Of a stretch of 64,000 bases of DNA, positions 17,992 through 28,080 are shown piece after piece. The first letter of the stretch is position 1. Each line of letters starts with the position of its first letter. A program made the position numbers and the translations under genes. The notes below the pieces were generated by a model. The model had not been told where the DNA came from, searched no databases, and was given only the letters and a program-made list of their open reading frames with translations. Origin of the DNA: Betaproteobacteria bacterium TMED22 (lineage in GTDB: Bacteria; Pseudomonadota; Gammaproteobacteria; Burkholderiales; Eutrophovitaceae); NCBI GenBank assembly GCA_002167745.1, contig NHCB01000003.1, forward strand, positions 16,377-80,376. The letters are read 5' to 3'.

Positions 17992-19140
17992 TTACAGCTT
18001 CCGGCTGATAATCTCTTTCATAATCTCATCAGTGCCACCATAGATCCGTTGAACACGGGCATCAGAGAACATTCGACCAACGAGATATTCATCCATGAAT
18101 CCATAGCCCCCATGAAGCTGAACACAATTATCAATCAGCAGATTTTGTTGTTGAGCCATCCATAATTTTGCTGCCGAAGCAGTTTCTGTATCTAAGTTTC
18201 CAGAAAGTATCTTTTTTATACAATCATCAATGAAGGCCCGGGCTACTTTGATGGTAGTGACCATTTCGGCTAGAATGAAACGTGTATTTTGTTTTTCGAT
18301 CAGTGGTTTGCCGAAAACCAATCGATTTCTAACGTACTCAACTGTCGTTCGATAGGCGCCTTCCATCGCACCTAAAGCCATATCCGCGATTAATAAGCGT
18401 TCGTAGGGTAGGTCCGCCATGAGCTGGTATAGCCCCTGACCGGAATTACCACCCAAAATATCCTTATTACTTAAGTTAATATCTTGAAAAAAAAGCTCTG
18501 AAGTATCCTGTGCTTTTAGTCCAATCTTTTTGAGCCGGCTACCAACTGAATATCCTTGGTGTTTCTTGGGCTCGACAATGAATACAGAAAATCTACCGTT
18601 ATCTTCGGGCGTATCCATTCTGGCAAACACTAGAACAACTTCAGCTAAATAACCGTTTGTAATAAATGTTTTTGATCCGTTCAGCTTAAATTTATCGTCG
18701 CACAAGGTTGCCCTAGTGCGAATGCCTCTTAGGTCAGAACCCGCGTCTGGTTCACTCATGGCAATTGCGCCAACCAATTCGCCTCTAGCTAATTTTGGAA
18801 GATAATATCGTTTTTGCTCTTCGGTTCCGTGATTAAGAAAATAGTGTGCGACGATGCTGTGAACGCTTGGGCTCATTCCTGTGAGTCCACGGTGTCCCAT
18901 TGATTCGTGGAGAATAGCTTCATGCCTGAAGTCACCATCACCCCCACCGTATTCCATCGGAATATCTGTGCATAGAATGCCCACCTTCCCAGCTTTTCGC
19001 CAGATTTCATGTCCGACATGTCCGCGCTCTCTCGATGATTCATCGTTAGGCACCATTTCCGCATCTAAGAATCGCTCAACAGTCTGTTGATATGCCGTTA
19101 ACTCTTCATCTAGCCACGCTGGTTGGAATTCATATGTCAT
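17992..19140 (-). CDS. Acyl-CoA dehydrogenase
   Basis: AMSEPDAGSDL, GSKTFITNG, QLHGGYGFMDEY and RIYGGTDEIMKEII are typical ACAD motifs. Confidence 0.9.
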   Translation of the reverse strand: MTYEFQPAWLDEELTAYQQTVERFLDAEMVPNDESSRERGHVGHEIWRKAGKVGILCTDIPMEYGGGDGDFRHEAILHESMGHRGLTGMSPSVHSIVAHYFLNHGTEEQKRYYLPKLARGELVGAIAMSEPDAGSDLRGIRTRATLCDDKFKLNGSKTFITNGYLAEVVLVFARMDTPEDNGRFSVFIVEPKKHQGYSVGSRLKKIGLKAQDTSELFFQDINLSNKDILGGNSGQGLYQLMADLPYERLLIADMALGAMEGAYRTTVEYVRNRLVFGKPLIEKQNTRFILAEMVTTIKVARAFIDDCIKKILSGNLDTETASAAKLWMAQQQNLLIDNCVQLHGGYGFMDEYLVGRMFSDARVQRIYGGTDEIMKEIISRKL

Positions 19141-19155
19141 CTTGTTTGAGTTTAT

Positions 19156-20343
19156 TTAAAGCTGGCAGTTCTCGAAAATGGTAACGTTAGCCATTCCGCC
19201 GCCTTCACACATGGTTTGAAGTCCTAGTTTCTTATGCCGAGTTCGAAGGCTATGGATGAGCGTTGTGGCAAGTTTAGTCCCAGAGCTTCCTAGAGGGTGA
19301 CCTAGAGCTATTGCGCCACCATTAACATTGACTTTGTGATGCTCCACATGTAGCGCTTTTGACCAAGCTACTGGGACCGATGCGAATGCTTCATTTACTT
19401 CAAATAAGTCAATGCTATCGATCGTCATATCGGTTTTTTTCAGGGCTTTTTTGGTTGCAGGAATTGGCGCTTCTAGCATGATAACTGGATCATGTCCGAT
19501 CACCGACATATGGCTGATCCGAACAAGTGGTTCGACGCCCAAAATTTTCAGTCCGTTTTCGTTACAGACAATAAGTCCACTCGCACCATCGCAGATTTGA
19601 CTTGCCGTTCCAGCAGTAAGTAACCCTCCATCCAAAATTGGCTTTATCCCAGCTATGCTCTCTAGGTTGGCATCAAAACGAACGCCTTCGTCTATATTAT
19701 GAGTTTCTCCAGTAACAATGCCTTCGGTATCCCTAATAGCAATGGGCACAATTTCTTTTTCAAATGCTTTTTTATTAACTGCCTCAGATGCTCGTCGATG
19801 ACTGTTTAGCGCATAGGCATCAAGCTCATCCTTTGAAATTGCGTACTGATTAGCCATCATTTCCGCGCCTTTGAATTGACTGAATTCAATGTTCGGATAG
19901 CGCAATTGAAGCTCTGGGCTCATGTAATGCCCCAATCCATTTTTTTGAGGGAGCAAAACGGTTGAGAACATCGGGGTGCGTGTCATGCTCTCGACGCCTC
20001 CCGCGATAACTATATCCATCGTTCCAGACATGACGGCTTGTGCGGCAAAATGCAGCGCTTGTTGCGATGAGCCACATTGTCGATCCACGCTCGTAGCAGG
20101 AACAGACTCAGGTAGTTCGGACGCTAAAACTATGTTTCGCGCAACATTCATTGCTTGTTCGCCGATTTGACTGACGCTACCAAAAATCACATCTTCAACG
20201 ACACTCGGTGGACAGTCAATGTCATTAAGCAGAGCGTTTATAACCTGTGCACCGAGATCAACGGGGTGCCAGTTAGACAGACGGCCACCTTTCTTACCGC
20301 CTGCTGTTCTTAGAGCAGTAACAATGTACGCATCATTCATCAT
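19156..20343 (-). CDS. Acetyl-CoA C-acyltransferase (thiolase)
   Basis: VDRQCGSSQQA (active-site Cys), NVNGGAIALGHPLGSSG and CEGGGMANV motifs. Confidence 0.92.
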   Translation of the reverse strand: MMNDAYIVTALRTAGGKKGGRLSNWHPVDLGAQVINALLNDIDCPPSVVEDVIFGSVSQIGEQAMNVARNIVLASELPESVPATSVDRQCGSSQQALHFAAQAVMSGTMDIVIAGGVESMTRTPMFSTVLLPQKNGLGHYMSPELQLRYPNIEFSQFKGAEMMANQYAISKDELDAYALNSHRRASEAVNKKAFEKEIVPIAIRDTEGIVTGETHNIDEGVRFDANLESIAGIKPILDGGLLTAGTASQICDGASGLIVCNENGLKILGVEPLVRISHMSVIGHDPVIMLEAPIPATKKALKKTDMTIDSIDLFEVNEAFASVPVAWSKALHVEHHKVNVNGGAIALGHPLGSSGTKLATTLIHSLRTRHKKLGLQTMCEGGGMANVTIFENCQL

Positions 20344-20406
20344 GAACCTCGTATTGTACTGTGCTACTTATTGTTTGTTTACCTATGAGATAAACCTCCC
20401 GCATGT

Positions 20407-21453
20407 TTAAATCATCCCCCTGCGGGACGCTATCGATTGCGTGACGGCGAGACTTGTAATGAACAGTAAAGATCCAACAGCTTGATGGGCGACTCCGAGC
20501 GCGGTAGGTACATGTAACATGAGCGTCGATACTCCGAGTGTCATCTGTATGACGAGTAATCCTAAAAGCAAAGAAGATAACTTCTTTGTGCGCGATAATA
20601 CCTCTCTACGTCGTAATCTGAACCAGAATATGGGTATTAATAAAGCGAGAATGTAAGCAATTATTCTGTGATCAAATTGCACGGTGATCATGTTTTCAAA
20701 AAAATTGCTCCACAAAGGAGTCAGTACAAATAAATCAGGTGGTATGAAGTTATCGCCCATTAACGGGAATGTGTTGTAAATTAATCCGGCTCGCAATCCG
20801 GCTACGAAGCCTCCAGATAAAACCATTAGAAAAATAACGCCGTTCACGATCATCGAGAACTTATACATATTTCTAACAGGAGGACTTAGATTAGCTCTTG
20901 AGGGATATAGGATTGATAACGTCGTCCACGTAATTGCCCCAAAAATGAGAAAGGCAATACCAAGATGTGCAGTTAAACGGTATTGACTCACGTTGGGGTC
21001 ATCAACGAGTCCGCTTGCCACCATATACCATCCCATTGCTCCTTGAAGTCCTCCGAGCGCAAAAATACCAATTAACCGAGTTGTTATATCGGAATTTAAA
21101 CGCCTCCGGATCAGGAAGTAGGCAAACGGCACAAAAAACACGAGACCAATGAGTCGTCCGAGGAGTCGATGAAAGTATTCCCACCAGAAAATAACTTTAA
21201 ATTCATCAAGTGACATGCCAAAGTTTACCAATTGATATTCTGGACTTCCCTTGTACTCATCAAAAACCTGGTTCCAGTCTGACGAAGTAATTGGTGGCAT
21301 CGTGCCAACGATTGGCTCCCACTCCACAATGGATAAGCCAGAGTGTGTTAGGCGTGTAGCCCCTCCAACAACAATCATGCAAAATACCAAAAATCCACAT
21401 ATCGCCAGCCAGGTGACAACTTGCTTTCGGTAAATGGTTTGAAGGTTTTCCAT
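20407..21453 (-). CDS. ctaA: Heme A synthase (COX15/CtaA family)
   Basis: Polytopic protein with GGATRLTHSGLSIVEW.P..G..PP, EYFHR and QFDHR motifs. Confidence 0.85.
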   Translation of the reverse strand: MENLQTIYRKQVVTWLAICGFLVFCMIVVGGATRLTHSGLSIVEWEPIVGTMPPITSSDWNQVFDEYKGSPEYQLVNFGMSLDEFKVIFWWEYFHRLLGRLIGLVFFVPFAYFLIRRRLNSDITTRLIGIFALGGLQGAMGWYMVASGLVDDPNVSQYRLTAHLGIAFLIFGAITWTTLSILYPSRANLSPPVRNMYKFSMIVNGVIFLMVLSGGFVAGLRAGLIYNTFPLMGDNFIPPDLFVLTPLWSNFFENMITVQFDHRIIAYILALLIPIFWFRLRRREVLSRTKKLSSLLLGLLVIQMTLGVSTLMLHVPTALGVAHQAVGSLLFITSLAVTQSIASRRGMI

Positions 21454-21485
21454 AAAATTTTTCTAAATCACTAGTAGCGCGTCTA

Positions 21486-22412
21486 CTAGAAATTGACTTG
21501 ATCTTTACCTTTTAGTTGCAACATATCCCGAGCTTCGTTAGGCGTTGCAGTCTCCAATCCTAATTCTTCCATGATATTTTTGATTTTAGTTACTTGTTCA
21601 GCGTTAGATTGTGCTAGGGTTCCCTTGCCCCCCCATAAGCTATCTTCCAGGCCTACGCGAACATTTCCACCCATTACGGCTGATTGAGCAGCAACATACA
21701 TCTGATTGCTACCAGCACCAAGCACTGACCAAAAATAATCATTACCAAATAAGCGATCTGCCGTGCGTTTCATGTGCATAACATCTTCGGCATGCGGACC
21801 GATCCCCCCTCTTAACCCAAAGACCGATTGAATAAGAAACGGAGCCTTTATAAGTCCGCGGTCTACAAAATGTGCAGCCGTGTATAGATGACCTATGTCG
21901 TAACATTCGATTTCAAATCTGGTTTTATTGTTGCCACAAGACTCAAGAATAAAGGCAATATCCTTAAAAGTGTTCTTAAAAATTCGATCATCTGATTGTT
22001 CCAGATAGGGTCGCTCCCAGTCGTATTTAAAGTCTTTAAAACGACCTAACATCTCGTACAATCCGAAGTTCATGGAACCCATATTCAAAGAGGCGACTTC
22101 TGGTTTCAATTGCAGAGCAGGCTGGAGTCTCTCTTCCACACTCATGGTCGGTGCGCCCCCCGTAGTGATATTGATGACTACGTCGCAACTATTCGAAATT
22201 TTCGGCAGAAATTTGCGAAACATGTCGGGATCTTGAGTTGGTTTACCATCTTTTGGATCTCTGGCATGCAGGTGTACGATGGCTGCCCCAGCCTTAGCAG
22301 CACCAACCGCGGCGTCAGCTATTTCCTGCGGCGTGACAGGAAGGTAGGGCGACATTGACGGCGTGTGAATCGAGCCAGTTACGGCACACGTGATCATTAC
22401 TTTTTTAGCCAC
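21486..22412 (-). CDS. BKACE-family beta-keto acid cleavage enzyme (3-keto-5-aminohexanoate cleavage enzyme family)
   Basis: MITCAVTGSIHTPSMSPYLPVTPQEIA...AGAAIVHLHARDP...TTGG is the DUF849/BKACE TIM-barrel signature. Confidence 0.85.
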   Translation of the reverse strand: MAKKVMITCAVTGSIHTPSMSPYLPVTPQEIADAAVGAAKAGAAIVHLHARDPKDGKPTQDPDMFRKFLPKISNSCDVVINITTGGAPTMSVEERLQPALQLKPEVASLNMGSMNFGLYEMLGRFKDFKYDWERPYLEQSDDRIFKNTFKDIAFILESCGNNKTRFEIECYDIGHLYTAAHFVDRGLIKAPFLIQSVFGLRGGIGPHAEDVMHMKRTADRLFGNDYFWSVLGAGSNQMYVAAQSAVMGGNVRVGLEDSLWGGKGTLAQSNAEQVTKIKNIMEELGLETATPNEARDMLQLKGKDQVNF

Positions 22413-22535
22413 GATAAGGTCCTCTTATTACCGATTGATAAACGTTTATTTTTTCAGTCGTACTTACGATAATTTTCTCTTTCAGCGCACCTATTTGCAT
22501 CAAGTCAAAAAGGTTAACACAAAACATCAAGGTAT

Positions 22536-23477
22536 CTAGCCCTCTTCTGACGGGCGCCGGGCTTTCTTGTGGGCAATGAGTTCCATCAATCGTCGATCCC
22601 GCCATGATTCTTTTTCATTGTGGCGTGAGAACGGTAAAATATTTCTTCTTTGGGTTTCAATTTTTTCTAGCAAGGCGCCATCCCAGGTTGGATGCTGTAT
22701 CCCGCTCATCATCTGTGCATAGGCGCTACCAAATCTTGCGGCATAATCCGCGATCCCTCCGGGCGCGTTTAGATCAATTGTTTCAAATGGTCCCATAAAA
22801 GACCATCTAAGTCCCAAACCGTCTTTCACGGTCTTGTCTAAATCCTCAACAGATACGTAGTCTTCGTCGATCAAGCGCCATGCTTCGCGTAATAGAGCTG
22901 CTTGCAGTCTATTTAAAATAAAACCTGGGACCTCTTTTTTAACTAATATAGGTACTTGCCCCACTGATTTTTGAAGCTCATATGTTTTTTCGATTACCGT
23001 ACTATCAGTCCAGGACGCCGGCGATATCTCTACGATCGGAACAATGTGAGGAGGGTTCACTGGATGAGCTACGAGACATCGATTACGTCTTGCAAGATGT
23101 TCGCTGAATAAGGAAGTCCGAATTGTCGAAGTAGAGCTAGCCAGAATACAGTGGCCGGGGGCGCAAAGATCCAGTGCGCCGAATACTTTTTGCTTGGTCT
23201 CAATGCTTTCGGAGGTGTTTTCTTGCACGTAGTCTGCATTTGCTACGGCTCGCTCCATGGATTCACAGACGACGATGCGTGCGAGTATATCTGAGACATC
23301 CTCGTCGACTAAGTTGTATTTTTTTAAATCGACGAGTCCTTGTTCTATTTGTTTCATTGCTCGATACGCGGCAGCCTTGTCATTATCAAATAAATATACT
23401 TGAAGCTTTGCTCTCGCGAAGACAATCGACCATGCGCGCCCGATGAGCCCAGACCCAATGACTGCGATGTGTTTCAT
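22536..23477 (-). CDS. L-carnitine dehydrogenase / lambda-crystallin-type 3-hydroxyacid dehydrogenase (313 aa)
   Basis: MKHIAVIGSGLIGRAWSIVFA Rossmann start, then VAHPVNPPHIVPIVEI, GFILNRLQAALLREAWRLI and GLGLRWSFMGPFET. Start set to ATG 23477 (GGGAGA RBS) instead of the 73-codon track extension. Confidence 0.8.
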   Translation of the reverse strand: MKHIAVIGSGLIGRAWSIVFARAKLQVYLFDNDKAAAYRAMKQIEQGLVDLKKYNLVDEDVSDILARIVVCESMERAVANADYVQENTSESIETKQKVFGALDLCAPGHCILASSTSTIRTSLFSEHLARRNRCLVAHPVNPPHIVPIVEISPASWTDSTVIEKTYELQKSVGQVPILVKKEVPGFILNRLQAALLREAWRLIDEDYVSVEDLDKTVKDGLGLRWSFMGPFETIDLNAPGGIADYAARFGSAYAQMMSGIQHPTWDGALLEKIETQRRNILPFSRHNEKESWRDRRLMELIAHKKARRPSEEG

Positions 23478-23733
23478 GCTTTCTCCCTGATTAGATCGTG
23501 ATTTTAATTCACGAAAATATTTGGCCGATAAACGTGTCAAATTATTATGAATTCTTATGGTACTAGTTCTCAGGCTGCAGTTCTCGAAGTGGTATGCTTG
23601 CGCCGCCTGCAGTATTTTTTTCAGACGGGGTATTATGGGAACGTAAAAAGTAAGGATTGTCAGTATCTGCATTCTAACCGCCACTACTGTTATCATTTGT
23701 CACAATTTTTTACTCAATATAATAGATAAAAAC

Positions 23734-24462
23734 ATGGTTCCTGAAGCGTCTAAAAAGGGCTTTAATACGCCATCGTTAGTGGTCCTCGCGATAGAGACAT
23801 CTACTGAGGTTTGCTCGATCGGTTTGTCGGTCTGCGGGAATATAACGGTGGCTGAGAAAACAGGAAATCAGAGCCACTCTGAGCATGTATTACCCATGAT
23901 TGATAAATTACTGGTAAGTAAAAATATCGGTTTAGGAGAAATTGATGTAATTGGTTTTGGGGCTGGTCCAGGGTCTTTTACAGGGGTGCGATTAGCTTGT
24001 GGTGTAGCCCAAGGACTAGCTTTTGGCGTTAACATCCCTGTAGTGCCTGTGTCGTCATTAGAAGCTATGGCCCAACATACAAAGATGGATAAAGTCGTCG
24101 TTTGCCAGGATGCTCGAATGAATCAAGTTTACGCCGCTGCCTTTGAAAGAAAAGGTGGCGCCTGGAGGGCGACGATTGATCCTTATGTTTGTGATCCGCA
24201 AGATGTGATTATTCCTGCTGGTGATGGATGGGTGGCATGTGGCAGCGGATTCGTGTCCTACCAGGAGATATTTGCCACCTCAACGAATTTTTCAATTCCT
24301 ATTCTTGACCATGCATATATAAGACCTAGGGCAAGGGAGATTATGCATATTACTTGTCGTGAATTTGCAGATGGTAACGCTGTTTGTGCAGAAGACGCGA
24401 TCCCTGTGTATGTTCGCGATAAGGTGGCGCTAACGCTAAATGAGCAATTATCGAACCGATAA
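23734..24462 (+). CDS. tsaB: tRNA t6A37 biosynthesis protein TsaB
   Basis: LAIETSTEVCSIGL...GAGPGSFTGVRLACGVAQGLAF. Confidence 0.88.
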   Translation: MVPEASKKGFNTPSLVVLAIETSTEVCSIGLSVCGNITVAEKTGNQSHSEHVLPMIDKLLVSKNIGLGEIDVIGFGAGPGSFTGVRLACGVAQGLAFGVNIPVVPVSSLEAMAQHTKMDKVVVCQDARMNQVYAAAFERKGGAWRATIDPYVCDPQDVIIPAGDGWVACGSGFVSYQEIFATSTNFSIPILDHAYIRPRAREIMHITCREFADGNAVCAEDAIPVYVRDKVALTLNEQLSNR

Positions 24463-24907
24463 AACAGATGTGATTATCAGAGAAATGCATCAAGAAGATG
24501 TCGATGCTGTATCTGGCATTGAGAAAACGATATATGCATTTCCGTGGACGGCGGGAAATTTTACCGACTGCTTGACTTCTGGATATCGATGTCACGTTTT
24601 GATCCGGAATGATATGCTCGCTGCGTATGGGGTACAGATGCCAATAATGGATGAGATGCATCTATTAAATTTGAGTGTAGCCTCGGAATTTCAAAAACTG
24701 GGTATTGGAAAAGTACTTTTAAATTTTTTAGCAACTGATGCAGTGAGGCATAAGGCGAGTAAGATGATCCTAGAGGTGAGGCGCACTAATTTGGCAGCTA
24801 TTTTTTTGTATGAGTCGTCTGGCTTTAACCAAATTGGACTTCGAAAGAACTACTATCCTGCGTCAGATTGTCGGGAGGACGCAATAGTAATGGAGATGTC
24901 TTTGTGA
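24440..24907 (+). CDS. rimI: Ribosomal-protein-alanine N-acetyltransferase
   Basis: GNAT fold (LNLSVASEFQKLGIGKVLL, EVRRTNLAAIFLYESSGF). Overlaps the end of tsaB. Confidence 0.88.
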   Translation: MSNYRTDKTDVIIREMHQEDVDAVSGIEKTIYAFPWTAGNFTDCLTSGYRCHVLIRNDMLAAYGVQMPIMDEMHLLNLSVASEFQKLGIGKVLLNFLATDAVRHKASKMILEVRRTNLAAIFLYESSGFNQIGLRKNYYPASDCREDAIVMEMSL

Positions 24908-25587
24908 GTACCCGAGATGAAATCCTTATGGAGCTTGGAATATCACCTTTTTGGAAGAGAAATGTAGAGGGCAACGCGACACCTCAATGTGAAGATATCG
25001 GTTCAAATAACGAGTCGGCGAGCGTATCTTCGAGTGAGCGTCAGTCTGGTATTTTATTTAAATCAAGTACTCATACCATTTTAGGCGGCGGTGATCTGAA
25101 GGCTAGATGGCTATTTATAGCAGAAGAGCCTGGCAATGAGCTTAATTCAGTAAAGGGACCGCTCGTCGGAGATGTGGGTAAGTTGTTCGACAATATGCTT
25201 GAGGCGTTGCGACTAAATCGAGATAAAGATGTGTATTTACTTGATGTTCGGCGAACTTTCTCCGAGAGTGAAGAAAGCTTGGTTTTAGAGGAGCAATTAG
25301 CGTGTGAAGAATTTCTTAATCAACAAATAGATTTGATTCAGCCTTTGCTCATTGTCACGATGGGATCTGCAGCTTTAAAGCGCTTAAAAGGTGATAATCA
25401 TGCTTTAGATCATGGTCATAAAGTTTACGATTATCGAGGCATTAATTTCGTCGCAACTTTTCATCCTTTGGACTTACTGAGACGCTCATCACAAAAAGCG
25501 ATAGCTTGGAGAGATCTGTGTTTTGCTAGCCAGGTTATGCGAGTGGACCGTTCTGGCAAGTCGGATGATAATAGTCATGCAAAATAG
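24868..25587 (+). CDS. Uracil-DNA glycosylase, family 4-like
   Basis: WLFIAEEPG...KGPLVGDVGKLFDNML...HP motifs in the tsaB-rimI-udg context. The start is uncertain: GTG 24904 or ATG 24928 are alternatives. Confidence 0.75.
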   Translation: MSGGRNSNGDVFVSTRDEILMELGISPFWKRNVEGNATPQCEDIGSNNESASVSSSERQSGILFKSSTHTILGGGDLKARWLFIAEEPGNELNSVKGPLVGDVGKLFDNMLEALRLNRDKDVYLLDVRRTFSESEESLVLEEQLACEEFLNQQIDLIQPLLIVTMGSAALKRLKGDNHALDHGHKVYDYRGINFVATFHPLDLLRRSSQKAIAWRDLCFASQVMRVDRSGKSDDNSHAK

Positions 25588-26650
25588 ACCAATTCGAGCA
25601 ATAATCAAACGTGACGCTCTGCGCCACAATATCTCCGCAATAAAAAAGTTATCGGGTGGGTCAAAAGTTTTTGGAGTTGTTAAAGCAGATGGGTACGGAC
25701 ATGGTTTGAAACGTATCTATCACGGACTCTCGGCTTTGGACGGACTGGCGGTGATTGAGATGGAGGCAGCGTCCTATCTTAGAGCGCAAGGTGATAATCG
25801 ACCAATATTGTTATTGGAGGGCGTTTTTAGTCCTCAAGAAATGCGTGACGCGATCCGACTTAATCTAGATTTAGTCGTCCATTCTTTTAGGCAGATCGAA
25901 TTATTAAGACAAATTGATCTGGGCAAACCGCTTAATGTCTTTATGAAAGTGAACAGTGGAATGAACCGACTGGGTTTCCCAGTCGATGACGTCGCTCAAT
26001 GCTACCGTGCGCTTAAGGACTGCGCTGCTGTCAAGAGCATTACTACGATGACACACTACGCTGACGCGGACAATGAACGGGGAGTGAGTTGGCAGGATGC
26101 TAAGTTTTCGCAAGCGGTGGACTCGCTGGGGATTCCTACATCGAAGAGTAATTCTGCTGCTTTGATTCGTTTCGGCTCTAATGCTCAGGGTTGGATTCGT
26201 CCTGGAATCATGCTCTACGGTGTATCGCCCGTCGAAAGTTTATCTGCACTTTCCATGGATCTAATGCCCGTAATGACTCTCAAGTCGGAAATCATTTCGG
26301 TACAAAATCTTAATGCGGGCGATCGAGTGGGTTATGGCGGCACTTACACAGCAAAATGCGATTTAAGGATAGGTATCGTGGCGGGAGGCTATGGTGATGG
26401 CTATCCACGGGCGATGAGAAACGGTAGTCCGGTGTTAGTAGAAGGTGTTCGAGTGCCCCTGGTGGGGAGAGTATCTATGGATTCCCTTGCGGTGGATATT
26501 ACTAAAGTTCCTGCAGCGAATGTCGGTTCAAGTGCCGTACTTTGGGGTGAGGGTTTGCCAGTTGAAGAAGTAGCAGAGCACGCTGGTACGATCAGTTATG
26601 AACTCCTAACTCGTGTCACGAGACGGGTGCCGTTCGTATGCTTCGATTGA
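25577..26650 (+). CDS. alr: Alanine racemase
   Basis: GVVKADGYGHG (PLP lysine), GIMLYGVSP and RVSMDSLAVD. Start set to ATG 25577 (M19 of the track ORF). Confidence 0.92.
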   Translation: MQNRPIRAIIKRDALRHNISAIKKLSGGSKVFGVVKADGYGHGLKRIYHGLSALDGLAVIEMEAASYLRAQGDNRPILLLEGVFSPQEMRDAIRLNLDLVVHSFRQIELLRQIDLGKPLNVFMKVNSGMNRLGFPVDDVAQCYRALKDCAAVKSITTMTHYADADNERGVSWQDAKFSQAVDSLGIPTSKSNSAALIRFGSNAQGWIRPGIMLYGVSPVESLSALSMDLMPVMTLKSEIISVQNLNAGDRVGYGGTYTAKCDLRIGIVAGGYGDGYPRAMRNGSPVLVEGVRVPLVGRVSMDSLAVDITKVPAANVGSSAVLWGEGLPVEEVAEHAGTISYELLTRVTRRVPFVCFD

Positions 26651-26687
26651 ATTGATGATGCCTCAGTAAGTATCGATATAATGAGAT

Positions 26688-28040
26688 ATGGGTAAATCAA
26701 AGACAATGTATGTGTGTTCGAGTTGTGGCGGTCAGACACAAAAGTGGGCTGGTCAATGCCCTCACTGTCACGAGTGGAATGTTCTCCAAGAGACTATCGT
26801 TAACAAAGGTGCGGAACGTTATCAGCCGCTCAGTAATGCTGGCGGTTTAATTCCGATAGGCGCTATCGAGACATCAGAAGAGGCGCGTTTTTCAACCCAT
26901 AGTAATGAGTTAGACCGAGTTTTGGGTGGAGGTCTCGTTACTGGTGGAGTGGTCTTGATCGGCGGTGATCCGGGGATAGGAAAATCAACTCTATTGCTTC
27001 AGGCGATGAGTGCGATGAGCGAAAATCACAAGGCTATTTATGTCAGCGGCGAGGAGTCTGCGCAGCAAATCGGTCTTCGGGCGCAACGACTTGATTTGAA
27101 ATCTGAGAAGCTGTCACTTCTTTCCGAAATACAGTTGAATACAATTCTAACCACTTTGGCGCGCGAGAAGCCTGATGTGGCGGTAATCGACTCTATTCAA
27201 ACTATCTACTCTGAGGATATTCAGCCAGCTCCCGGCAGCGTTTCACAGGTAAGAGAGTGCGCAGCACAACTGACACGTTTTGCTAAAGCGAACGCTACAG
27301 CGTTATTACTCGTTGGGCACGTAACTAAAGAAGGTGCTATTGCTGGTCCTAGAGTTCTTGAGCATATCGTTGATACGGTTTTGTATTTCGAAGGGGATAC
27401 GCATTCGAGTTTTCGTTTGGTTCGTTCGATTAAAAATAGGTTTGGTGCGGCCAACGAACTGGGTGTTTTCGCGATGACAGACCGAGGACTTAGGGGAGTA
27501 GCTAATCCGTCGGCGCTATTCCTGTCGCAGCAGGAAAAGCAAGTTGCTGGCTGCTGTGTCATGGTGACACAGGAAGGTAGTCGGCCTCTTTTGGTTGAGC
27601 TTCAAGCACTTGTTGATACGTCGCATTCGGCCAATTCACGACGACTCACCGTCGGACTTGAACAAAATCGATTGGCTATGCTGCTCGCAGTTTTGCATCG
27701 ACATGCGGGTATCGCTGCCTTTGATCAAGATGTTTTCGTAAATGCGGTAGGAGGAGTCAGGATCAATGAGCCAGCATCTGACTTGCCTGTCCTTTTAGCC
27801 ATCGTGTCTTCGTTGAGAGGGCATGTGGTTGGCGGAAAGACAGTAGCTTTTGGTGAAGTCGGGCTGTCAGGGGAGGTGCGCGCGGTCCAGCGGGGACAAG
27901 ATCGATTAAAGGAGGCATTGAAATTAGGTTTTAATCGAGCAATCATACCGACGGCTAATGCACCTAAAGTAATTCCCAAAAATATGGAGCTGATTAAGGT
28001 GGACCATATTAGTCAGGCGATAGACGCGGTTTTCCGATAA
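26688..28040 (+). CDS. radA: DNA repair protein RadA
   Basis: N-terminal zinc finger CSSCGGQTQKWAGQCPHCHEWN, Walker A GGDPGIGKST, KNRFG motif and a Lon-like C-terminal domain. Confidence 0.96.
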   Translation: MGKSKTMYVCSSCGGQTQKWAGQCPHCHEWNVLQETIVNKGAERYQPLSNAGGLIPIGAIETSEEARFSTHSNELDRVLGGGLVTGGVVLIGGDPGIGKSTLLLQAMSAMSENHKAIYVSGEESAQQIGLRAQRLDLKSEKLSLLSEIQLNTILTTLAREKPDVAVIDSIQTIYSEDIQPAPGSVSQVRECAAQLTRFAKANATALLLVGHVTKEGAIAGPRVLEHIVDTVLYFEGDTHSSFRLVRSIKNRFGAANELGVFAMTDRGLRGVANPSALFLSQQEKQVAGCCVMVTQEGSRPLLVELQALVDTSHSANSRRLTVGLEQNRLAMLLAVLHRHAGIAAFDQDVFVNAVGGVRINEPASDLPVLLAIVSSLRGHVVGGKTVAFGEVGLSGEVRAVQRGQDRLKEALKLGFNRAIIPTANAPKVIPKNMELIKVDHISQAIDAVFR

Positions 28041-28080
28041 ATTGAAGAAATAGAATTATCGAAAGAAGGTTTTCCGGAAA

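Noticed and set aside
22405-22605. 66-aa minus-strand ORF spanning the BKACE-dehydrogenase gap
   Set aside because: It overlaps both flanking coding regions out of frame and has no RBS. Likely spurious.
23478-23696. 73-codon N-terminal extension of the LcdH-like dehydrogenase ORF
   Set aside because: The Rossmann fold of this family starts at the very N-terminus (MKHIAVIGSG). ATG 23477 has a GGGAGA RBS. The extension is low-complexity and has no family resemblance.
23547-23729. 60-aa ORF filling the lcdH-tsaB divergent intergenic region
   Set aside because: No Shine-Dalgarno sequence and an unusual Tyr/Gln/Cys-rich composition with no motif. The interval more plausibly holds the two divergent promoters. 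Not excluded, but unsupported.
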